From Thiotrichales bacterium (lineage in GTDB: Bacteria; Pseudomonadota; Gammaproteobacteria; GCF-002020875): a DNA stretch of 64,000 bases. Shown here in pieces: positions 10,088-18,095 of the stretch (positions are counted from its first letter, which is position 1; each line of letters opens with the position of its first letter). Location: NCBI GenBank assembly GCA_018658305.1, contig JABHVM010000011.1:3551-67550 (forward strand), in the 5' to 3' direction. Made by a program: the position numbers and the translations under genes. The notes below the pieces were generated by a model. That model was not told the DNA's origin. It made no database searches and worked only from the letters and a program-made list of their open reading frames with translations.

Positions 10088-10914
10088 TATATCTGGTCGC
10101 CCCTTTTGAAAATAAAGTATCCGAGAGTTGCGGTTAAGCTTCCTAATACGATTGGGTAGACGATAGCCCAAATTAGATATCCAACCTCTCCAAAATTATC
10201 TAGAATTAGATATGCAGAGGGACCAAGTAGTACTAGTTGAGGATCAAATAGAAGCATTGAAGCGGTACGAAAAACCTGTAGTGGATTGCTTAGTGCAATT
10301 GCAACAACTGTATCCACTGGAGCTTGTTGCTGAATCATAACTCCTAGTAGAATTAGGTCTAAGAGTAGGAGTAGGGTGAGCCAGACCATAAAGGCTACAC
10401 CTTGAGCAATATCTGCTGAACGGGCTATGGTTGAGATTAGCATTCCTATTCCTAAAAAACACCAGGAGAGTGAGAATAGAAAAGCGGTGTAGAAGAGGAA
10501 GAGTCTCCAAGGTATCTCAATTCCCTCAAATATTCCCCAGATAATGGAGGCGGCCATCGCCATAAATACAGGTAAGAATACTACAATAAAGCGTCCAAAT
10601 ATCTTGCCCCAGAACCAAGATGAGAGAGCAACAGGGAGTGACAGAAGGTATTCAAAGACACCTGCTTCACGATCGCCAGCAACAGATCGTACAGTAGTTA
10701 TGAGGATGAAGATCGGAAGAATCGCCATTGAGAGTTGAATGTAGGTTATGAGAAGACGAGATAGTCCGACAAAACCCATAACCCTTGACTCTGTTAGACC
10801 AAAGGTAAAGAGAAGGGCTATAATTCCCCCAAATATTAGCGAGTATACTAGGAACCATCTGCTTCGCAGTGATTCAGATATATCTGCTTTAGCTGTCATC
10901 CAGGTGTGTTTCAT
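10087..10914 (-). CDS. nosY: ABC-2 type permease NosY
   Basis: 275-aa six-TM permease that is 4-nt coupled to nosL and nosF. Confidence 0.72.
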   Translation of the reverse strand: MKHTWMTAKADISESLRSRWFLVYSLIFGGIIALLFTFGLTESRVMGFVGLSRLLITYIQLSMAILPIFILITTVRSVAGDREAGVFEYLLSLPVALSSWFWGKIFGRFIVVFLPVFMAMAASIIWGIFEGIEIPWRLFLFYTAFLFSLSWCFLGIGMLISTIARSADIAQGVAFMVWLTLLLLLDLILLGVMIQQQAPVDTVVAIALSNPLQVFRTASMLLFDPQLVLLGPSAYLILDNFGEVGYLIWAIVYPIVLGSLTATLGYFIFKRGDQI

Positions 10915-11429
10915 TCTGCTGCCTCACTATTACGATGATTGAGGCGCGCTTTAACGGAAGCGTTGAACTCCTCTTCTTGTTTAAATACAGCTTCTCTCAT
11001 CTGAGTAAAGTTATATATGGTCTGTTCACTACTATAGGGTGAACTGTCATCCATACTATTGATGGCACTAAATCCATAATTCATTGGGGTGTGAGTTATA
11101 CGAATATATTTGGCACTACGAGCTTCAACCCACTTATTGTCCCCCTTAGTGCTATCGAAATCATTAACCCAAATTTCAGTTGCAGGGTCACTCTTCCAGC
11201 TCTGCGTCTCTAACCAGAGTACAGCACACCCTATATCATCAAAGGTATATGCTTGATGGCGTTCACCACCTCTTATCTGCGCCCCATGTCTGCGATCACT
11301 AAGAGCCATTACGCAGCGGCTGCAATTGTCTCTATCCCAGGTTATCTCAACTGGTCCTGTTGCAGGATCCCCTCCACAGCCCAGTAATAGTAGAGTTAAG
11401 GTGGTGAGGATAGTTAAATTTTTTATCAT
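10911..11429 (-). CDS. nosL: copper-binding lipoprotein NosL
   Basis: Lipobox LLLGCGG; about 170 aa; position between nosF and nosY. Confidence 0.68.
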   Translation of the reverse strand: MIKNLTILTTLTLLLLGCGGDPATGPVEITWDRDNCSRCVMALSDRRHGAQIRGGERHQAYTFDDIGCAVLWLETQSWKSDPATEIWVNDFDSTKGDNKWVEARSAKYIRITHTPMNYGFSAINSMDDSSPYSSEQTIYNFTQMREAVFKQEEEFNASVKARLNHRNSEAAE

Positions 11430-12088
11430 AATTTATCTGTTATATATTCAGGGGTGATAATTTTATCTGCAACTACTTCACCACGATCTAGTTCTACTAC
11501 TCGATTAACTAAGTTTGCAACCTCATCAACACGATGGCTAGAGATTAACATTGCACAACTATTAGCTCTCTCTTGGAGTAGTGCAATAACAGTTTTGCGT
11601 GCCTCTGGGTCAAGGTTGGCAGTTGGTTCATCCATTATAAGTAGAGCTGTAGGACGACCTAGTGCGATAGATATTAAGAGTTTCTGTTTTTGCCCCCCAG
11701 ATAGTTTCTCAAAAGGGTGACGCTGGAGTAACTTTATATCTAATCCTAGCTGTTCTGCTACTGCTACCATATCAGCAGGGCTGCTCCCACATACGCTTGC
11801 TGCAAAGTTAATAAGTTGATCTACAGGCATTTTGAGTGGAGGAGGAAGCTGAGGTACGAATCCTATCTGTGCTAACACCTCTCTACGGTTGTGACGAGGG
11901 TCTAGTCCATTCACAGTAATAGATCCTTGAAAAGTATACTCTCCAAGCAGGCAGCGGATTAAGGTAGTTTTGCCAGCACCATTAGATCCCAGTAGTGCAA
12001 TGCGCTCACCAGTCGTAATCTCAAGGTTAAGAGATTTGAGTACCTGGTGGCGTTTGAAGCTTTTACTAACTGCAGAGAGTTTTATCAC
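11426..12088 (-). CDS. nosF: ABC transporter ATP-binding protein NosF
   Basis: Walker A GSNGAGKT, ABC signature LSGGQKQ, Walker B LIMDEP. Confidence 0.8.
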   Translation of the reverse strand: MIKLSAVSKSFKRHQVLKSLNLEITTGERIALLGSNGAGKTTLIRCLLGEYTFQGSITVNGLDPRHNRREVLAQIGFVPQLPPPLKMPVDQLINFAASVCGSSPADMVAVAEQLGLDIKLLQRHPFEKLSGGQKQKLLISIALGRPTALLIMDEPTANLDPEARKTVIALLQERANSCAMLISSHRVDEVANLVNRVVELDRGEVVADKIITPEYITDKL

Positions 12089-13128
12089 TTGCTCTCTTCC
12101 TCTGTTTTCTTCTCTTCTATGGCTGTCTCTATACCCTCTTTTTCTTCTCCACTAGGTACCTTACTCAACCCTTTGAAATAGAAATTTAGCGAATCAGTTG
12201 GGCAGACATCTATACACATTCCACAACGAGTGCAGTCTGGCCCGAGCTGAACATTAAAGTCAGGAGAGCGACCTTTGATCGTCCACTCCAGCACATGGGG
12301 TACGAGACAGACCTTACGGCAATCCCCCTCATGGTGACAGTTGACCATATTGTAGTTTACTTTCATCGGAGATATTAACCCTACAAATCCATAAGTGAGA
12401 CCTATAGGGCACGCATATTTACACCAAGCTCTGCGTGAATAGAATACTTCAACTGTTAGCAGAAAGAGGACCCAGAGTAACGCAAAGGTCGGACCATAAA
12501 TTAAGGCACGACTTATGATTCCAGTAGGGGAGATTGCTTCATAGATGGTGTATCCAGTGCCGACAGTTAGGACTATAAATATAATATAGAGGTATACTCT
12601 AGCTTTACGACTAAATAGTCTGTTTTTTATTATCTTCTTCTCAACTAACTTAATATGAATCATTTCTCCAATTTCAGAGAGAAGATGATATGGGCACGCC
12701 CATGAGCAGAAGGTGCGACCTCCAAGTAAAATCCATAATATAAAAATAGTTATGAAGCCAATCAACAGGTTGATTAAAACTGTTTTATAGGCAAGCATAA
12801 CTTGTAGTGCTGAGTTAAGGTCAGCCATATGAAAGCCGATAAAACGGGAGGCAGAGAGTGAGCCCTCTAGAATTTGAATATCTAGTGAGTAGGAGAATAC
12901 GAATAGAAGATTAACAAATAAGATAGTTGCCCAGCGCCGTTTGCGCCATTTTTTATCGTGAGTTTCACGGAATAGTTCATGCTCTTTACGAGCCTTTACT
13001 TTATCGATCTCGCCACTATCCTTTTTACGCTGATGAACTGTTTGGGTTTCAGGAGATATTTTAGCTGGTGGCGTCTTCTGAGGTCTTTTACCCAACATAA
13101 CATTGAGACAGTACTTTCCTATTTTCAT
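12085..13128 (-). CDS. nosH: membrane-bound polyferredoxin NosH (NapH-like)
   Basis: TM helices plus two C-x-x-x-CP and two 4Fe-4S (CxxCxxCxxxCP) motifs; clade-II nos context. Confidence 0.68.
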   Translation of the reverse strand: MKIGKYCLNVMLGKRPQKTPPAKISPETQTVHQRKKDSGEIDKVKARKEHELFRETHDKKWRKRRWATILFVNLLFVFSYSLDIQILEGSLSASRFIGFHMADLNSALQVMLAYKTVLINLLIGFITIFILWILLGGRTFCSWACPYHLLSEIGEMIHIKLVEKKIIKNRLFSRKARVYLYIIFIVLTVGTGYTIYEAISPTGIISRALIYGPTFALLWVLFLLTVEVFYSRRAWCKYACPIGLTYGFVGLISPMKVNYNMVNCHHEGDCRKVCLVPHVLEWTIKGRSPDFNVQLGPDCTRCGMCIDVCPTDSLNFYFKGLSKVPSGEEKEGIETAIEEKKTEEESK

Positions 13129-13967
13129 GCTGTGCGCTCCTTAATAACAATAGATGGTGCAGCTGTAGGGCAGACCATTTCACATACTCCACAACCTACA
13201 CAGCCCTCTAGTATAGTCGGACGGTATTGCAGTCCGCCATCATCTTTTTTCTCTACGGAGAGCATAATTGCTCTCTCTGGTGGACACTGATTTTTATCTC
13301 CAGATGGGGGAGCTCCAGCATCACATTGGTTGGCTCTAATCTCAATTGGACAGAGGCGTACGCAGAGATCGCAGAGTGGGATATCGAACTCTTGTTCATT
13401 CAGTTTTTGTGGTTCCCAGCGATCAATATCTTCAAAACGGAGCACTCCTTGATACTCTATGCCGCGAGTAACTCCCTTAAATCCTTTTTTCTGCATGGCT
13501 AAACAGCTGTCAGGTAGGCGCAGTTCAGCAACCCCCATTCTAGTTTCATGGGAGTAGTTAATTTCGTGAGTTAGAGCTCCAGTTGGACAGGCAAGAACAC
13601 ACTGGAGACCATCGCAAGAGAAGTCACACGCTTGATTGCGTGCATCAATATAGGCTGCTCCTTGCCCCTGGCCATCCATAATGTCGGCAAGGAATATGGC
13701 CTCTACAGGACATACCTGTACACACTGTCCACATTTAATGCAGGATGCAAGATACTCTTTCTCATCTAGCGCTCCAGGTGGGCGGAGGCGTGGAGCAGCA
13801 TTGGTTAAGGTAGGAATTAAGTTTAGCAGGGAAAATCCAGTAACTCCAGCTACCATAGCAGCACTGCGTAGAAACTCTCTTCGTTCACGCTCTTTTCTAG
13901 TTAGGCGCGGTTTTGCGCTACTCTTCTCTGTTGGAGTTGATCTATCTTTTGGTTCTGATTTACTCAT
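13125..13967 (-). CDS. nosG: periplasmic Tat-exported 4Fe-4S ferredoxin NosG (NapG-like)
   Basis: Twin-arginine signal RREFLRSAAMVAGV and multiple CxxCxxCxxxCP clusters. Confidence 0.7.
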   Translation of the reverse strand: MSKSEPKDRSTPTEKSSAKPRLTRKERERREFLRSAAMVAGVTGFSLLNLIPTLTNAAPRLRPPGALDEKEYLASCIKCGQCVQVCPVEAIFLADIMDGQGQGAAYIDARNQACDFSCDGLQCVLACPTGALTHEINYSHETRMGVAELRLPDSCLAMQKKGFKGVTRGIEYQGVLRFEDIDRWEPQKLNEQEFDIPLCDLCVRLCPIEIRANQCDAGAPPSGDKNQCPPERAIMLSVEKKDDGGLQYRPTILEGCVGCGVCEMVCPTAAPSIVIKERTA

Positions 13968-14005
13968 CCTTATGCCCTTAATTTACAGTTCTAATTGTAT
14001 TGTTT

Positions 14006-15460
14006 TTATTGCTCAGTTTCTATATGTATACTCTGTTGCAGTGCTTTGAGGGATGCTCCCCACTCCCTTACTGGCGCACTATCCTCACCATTATCTACTT
14101 CTTCGTCATCTTCATTTTTATCTTGTTTTTGGTCTATTATCTCATCTATCTTGACATCAATTAACTCATCACTCAATAGCGGCTGTTCATCTCTAAGTAG
14201 CAAGATTGGCTCTGAGAATGGGGCGAGCCGCTCTAGAAAATCTAAAGAAGCGAGTAGGGGAGTACCTATGAAAAATTTAGCTTCTGGACGATCCATCCAG
14301 ATTCTATCTGCATAAGAGTAGAGTTCATATGGTTGATCTCCAATTCCATCTTGGTTGTTATCAAAACCTTGATAGTCATCCCATAGATTATGTTCCCATA
14401 CATTTTTAGTCGCACCACCATTACCATCCACAGATATCTGAGTGATATTATCTTTGAAAATATTGTTACGGGCAATATTTCCCCACCAAGGGGTGTGAAA
14501 TAGAATGCCAATTCCATTGAAGGCGATTGTATTTCCCTCCATTATATTGACTGTATCAGGTTGGTAGGGGGAGACATCACTATAGATTCCAGTAGCACAG
14601 TAGAGAATTTGATTATTTATAATCTTTACATCACTGGTCTCCTTCATCCCGATACCCATTCCAGTAGTACCGAGAGAGCGGGTAATCTTGTTGTTGATAA
14701 GGGTTGCTCCATCACTGTACATCAAGAATATGCCAACTGAGTTGTTGTTATATTCATTACCCTCTATTAAGTTTCCTTGTGAGTACATAAAATGGAGAGC
14801 GTAGCGTCCCCCAGATGAACGGTTGTGAGAGATTGTATTGTTGCTAGAGTACCAGACAACCATATCACGACTTCCGATAATAGTGTTATGGGTGATGGTG
14901 TTATCAAAACTATACCAAAGTCGAATAGAGTCACCACGCATTCCAAGATCAACACTATTTTTAGAGCTAATATGATTGTTGCTTATAATATTATTTTTAG
15001 CCTCACCAAGGTCTATTCCAAATAGAGTCTCATCAATGATGTTATTCTTGATAACATTAAAATTACCATGTACTTGAATGCCTGAATCAATATCATTATG
15101 TGATTCACCGGAGTTGGTGAGACGAATATTTTTTATAGTAACTCCATCACTATGTAGGTAGATAACACTCCCTTTACCTCCAGCATCAATAGTAACTTCA
15201 CCTCGTCCATCTATAGTGATAGCTTTATCTATCTGAATTGATCCAGTATAGGTTCCAGCAGGAGGAGAGAGGGTTCCTCCTTGAGGGGTTGCATCTATTA
15301 ACTGCTGAAGTGATTCAGTGAAATTATCTGTAACACTGCTTGCCACTGCGTAATTTACAGTTAAGAGTAGAAGAGCTGTCGCGGATAGTATTCTACACAA
15401 CTTCTTACGCGAAATATAGTCGTAAGCAGTCCTGCGTAATAAGCTGTAGTACAGCACCAT
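14006..15460 (-). CDS. nosD: periplasmic right-handed beta-helix copper-processing protein NosD
   Basis: 484 aa with a signal peptide and repetitive parallel beta-helix (NosD/CASH) sequence periodicity. Confidence 0.78.
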   Translation of the reverse strand: MVLYYSLLRRTAYDYISRKKLCRILSATALLLLTVNYAVASSVTDNFTESLQQLIDATPQGGTLSPPAGTYTGSIQIDKAITIDGRGEVTIDAGGKGSVIYLHSDGVTIKNIRLTNSGESHNDIDSGIQVHGNFNVIKNNIIDETLFGIDLGEAKNNIISNNHISSKNSVDLGMRGDSIRLWYSFDNTITHNTIIGSRDMVVWYSSNNTISHNRSSGGRYALHFMYSQGNLIEGNEYNNNSVGIFLMYSDGATLINNKITRSLGTTGMGIGMKETSDVKIINNQILYCATGIYSDVSPYQPDTVNIMEGNTIAFNGIGILFHTPWWGNIARNNIFKDNITQISVDGNGGATKNVWEHNLWDDYQGFDNNQDGIGDQPYELYSYADRIWMDRPEAKFFIGTPLLASLDFLERLAPFSEPILLLRDEQPLLSDELIDVKIDEIIDQKQDKNEDDEEVDNGEDSAPVREWGASLKALQQSIHIETEQ

Positions 15461-15480
15461 CTGTTTTTATCTGAAATGAG

Positions 15481-16677
15481 TTATCTATTAGATTTCAAAT
15501 GAATCAGAGCAGCCACTGCCAACACTACTGAATTTAGCATAATCAGCCCGAAACCATAGTTAGGATAAGAGTAGGTGGCAAACTGTGCAACCTTTCCAAC
15601 CCCAAATACCGTTGGCATAAATGGTTTAACTGTAAATGCTCCCATCTCGCTTAGGTGATGTCCAAACCACCAGAGCCAACCAGCATAATCTAGAATAAAG
15701 AATATAGGAAGAGCCATCGGTACTAGAATAAGAACCCAGTTGAAAGCATTCTCCATTTTCCAGAGTCCGACAATGATAAGTAGCATCGCTCCAAGTAAGC
15801 CGATAAAGACTATATCTGTAATCTGCATCATTAGAGCGCTGCGCTCTACATCTGTCATTCCTACCTTATTAGACATAACCTCACATCGCTGCATAAACTC
15901 TTGTTGTTGTTGCTCTGCAGTCATTGTTGGGTCGCTTTTGATTTTGTCGTAAAGCTGGTGGAAGGTTTCCATTATAGATGAGTTAGCTCCAGCATTTGCT
16001 AGTAGATCGTTGAGCTCTTCAAATGGACGATCTTGAGTTGCATAGAGATCCACATAGGTCATCTGGTTTGCATATCTATCACATTCAACTGCAATAGTTG
16101 GAAAGTAACGAGCAAGGGCCTCTTCGTAACTTGCCTTAATTGCATCAACTCCACTCCAACCTTCAATCTCATTTGGAGTAAGTTCCATAGTACTCATTAA
16201 GTCATCACGGTATGGTGCAGATTGCTGTTTTAAGCCATCTTCACTATAGAGGGTTGTATATGCCCAGCCCGCTATCGCAATTGAACCAATGCCCATAAAT
16301 GCCATCTTCTGTTTGCGATTGGGTAGAGCAAACGCTATTATCATTAATCCCAATAGTACAAATACAAATGGTGATACTGCTCGTTCAACTGGTGCGCCAG
16401 CTGCGATTGGGTACATTCCAACATAGTGGTTGATTGCATCCATCTCATGTTTACAGTTTAGAGCCTCCTCTTCATACTTCTCTTCAGACTCAACTTTTTT
16501 ACATCCATTATCAACTTTATTGACATGGAAGTGAATCCTGATTCCTTGTGGAAAAGATGCTTCAGGATATTGTGGAGCTTTTAGTGAAACCCACCAGATT
16601 GGACTGTAGAATATTGCGATAAGTAGTCCAATTGAGACTAAGGAGAATGTGCCGATGACTAGGTTTTTATTTTGCAT
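15481..16677 (-). CDS. nosB: integral membrane protein NosB (clade-II nos cluster protein)
   Basis: 398-aa polytopic membrane protein in the position that nosB occupies downstream of Sec-type nosZ. Confidence 0.55.
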   Translation of the reverse strand: MQNKNLVIGTFSLVSIGLLIAIFYSPIWWVSLKAPQYPEASFPQGIRIHFHVNKVDNGCKKVESEEKYEEEALNCKHEMDAINHYVGMYPIAAGAPVERAVSPFVFVLLGLMIIAFALPNRKQKMAFMGIGSIAIAGWAYTTLYSEDGLKQQSAPYRDDLMSTMELTPNEIEGWSGVDAIKASYEEALARYFPTIAVECDRYANQMTYVDLYATQDRPFEELNDLLANAGANSSIMETFHQLYDKIKSDPTMTAEQQQQEFMQRCEVMSNKVGMTDVERSALMMQITDIVFIGLLGAMLLIIVGLWKMENAFNWVLILVPMALPIFFILDYAGWLWWFGHHLSEMGAFTVKPFMPTVFGVGKVAQFATYSYPNYGFGLIMLNSVVLAVAALIHLKSNR

Positions 16678-16838
16678 ATTTGTCTGTATTTAATTTGTTT
16701 GTTTTGTCTGTCTGTATCTATTTTTTCTGTATTACTTTTTCTGTTTTCTAAGCGTAAAGTTTTCAGTCATCAGGTGGCAGTTAGAGCATTCGTAGATTTA
16801 ACTTTGAACTGCCACTTGATAACTTTTAACTTCTTCTA

Positions 16839-17567
16839 TTAATCGTAATCTGGATTAATCCATCCTACAGGAGCCACATCAGATTTAGGAACTGGAATAC
16901 GAGATACGAAATCAATAACTGCTTTCATATCATCATCATTGAATCCAGCAATCTGTTTTACCATATCTGGATTTGCATTACGGCGTTTGCCATCGCGAAT
17001 CCACTCAAATTGACGCAACATATATGCATAGTGCTGTCCCTGAATTTTTGGATAGAACTTCTCTTGGTCACCTTCACCATTCTCCATATGACACTGAACA
17101 CAGTTATCTTTATAGAGCTTTTGTCCAAGTGCTAAATTGTTACCTTCACCTTTTCCGTTGTTAGGATTCATAGGTAATTTTGCGATATAGTCAGTAACAT
17201 CAGCAATTGCTTGCTCATCACCAATTGACTCAGGTAGCGCAAAAGGGTACATGGTTGGGTTATCACGGTTAAGAGCACGAATATCAGCAAGCTGTTTTAT
17301 CAACACATTTTTATGTTGTCCAGCAAGTTGTGGAAAAGTTCCATTGTCCATTCCCCAGCCCTCAAGCAGATGGCAAGCTGAACAAACTTCGTAGACTTCA
17401 ATCCCATTTTCACGATTAGGAGCTAGTTTCATAGCTACGCTCTGCTCGCCTTCCCCTGTATTCCAATCTTTTACATCTTTAACTTGACCGCCAGCTATGG
17501 TTGTTGCACTAAAGCTGACTCCAATAAAGGTCAGTACAGTGGCAATGGTGGTTAATTTCTTCATCAA
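16839..17567 (-). CDS. periplasmic diheme cytochrome c (NosC-type electron donor)
   Basis: Signal peptide plus CSACH and CVQCH motifs. Confidence 0.7.
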   Translation of the reverse strand: MMKKLTTIATVLTFIGVSFSATTIAGGQVKDVKDWNTGEGEQSVAMKLAPNRENGIEVYEVCSACHLLEGWGMDNGTFPQLAGQHKNVLIKQLADIRALNRDNPTMYPFALPESIGDEQAIADVTDYIAKLPMNPNNGKGEGNNLALGQKLYKDNCVQCHMENGEGDQEKFYPKIQGQHYAYMLRQFEWIRDGKRRNANPDMVKQIAGFNDDDMKAVIDFVSRIPVPKSDVAPVGWINPDYD

Positions 17568-17641
17568 TTTCTCCAGTTTTTTAATGTTGGTACCGATTAC
17601 AGTACTATTTAAACATATTAGTTAAGATTAGCATAGATTAT

Positions 17642-17962
17642 CTATTTTAGAGTTGAGAGCCATTCAGCAATTTCAGCCATCTCTGCATCATTTACTAGCC
17701 CCATAACACCTTGCATTGCAGCTGTCTGTCCATTGTTACGCGCTCCAGACTTAATATCTTTCATCTGGTTTAGAGCATAATCTTTGTTCTGCCCTGCAAG
17801 TATTGGGTAGATGGGGATAATAGGTGTTTTCGCATCTTTACCGTGACAAGACCAGCAAGTTTTAGCTTTATATAGAGCTTCGCCATCAGCCATTGCCGTT
17901 GTCGCTATAGATGAGAGTAGGGTCACTGCAGATGCAAGAACTACTTGTTTTGTAATATTCAT
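17642..17962 (-). CDS. monoheme class-I cytochrome c (c552/c553-like)
   Basis: 106 aa, signal peptide, CWSCH, distal Met. Confidence 0.7.
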   Translation of the reverse strand: MNITKQVVLASAVTLLSSIATTAMADGEALYKAKTCWSCHGKDAKTPIIPIYPILAGQNKDYALNQMKDIKSGARNNGQTAAMQGVMGLVNDAEMAEIAEWLSTLK

Positions 17963-18039
17963 AAATTGTATTCCTAATGTTATAAAAAATGTAAGGTTAT
18001 TAAAGAGAATAAGTCATTCATTATATTCCCTAGCTTTAA

Positions 18040-18072
18040 AAAGGGGAAGAGTAAATTCTCTTCCCCCCTTCA
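18040..18072 (-). terminator. intrinsic terminator-like hairpin 25 nt after the nosZ stop
   Basis: On the minus strand, GGGGAAGAG-AATTTA-CTCTTCCCC is followed by TTTTT. Confidence 0.6.
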
Positions 18073-18095
18073 AATCGTAAATTAGCTAATTAAAA

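Noticed and set aside
16681-16760. T-rich phased repeats (TGTCTGT / TTTTCTGT) considered as a tandem-repeat element
   Set aside because: Low-complexity AT-rich promoter-like spacer upstream of nosB on the opposite strand. There are no exact repeat units and no second copy elsewhere in the window.
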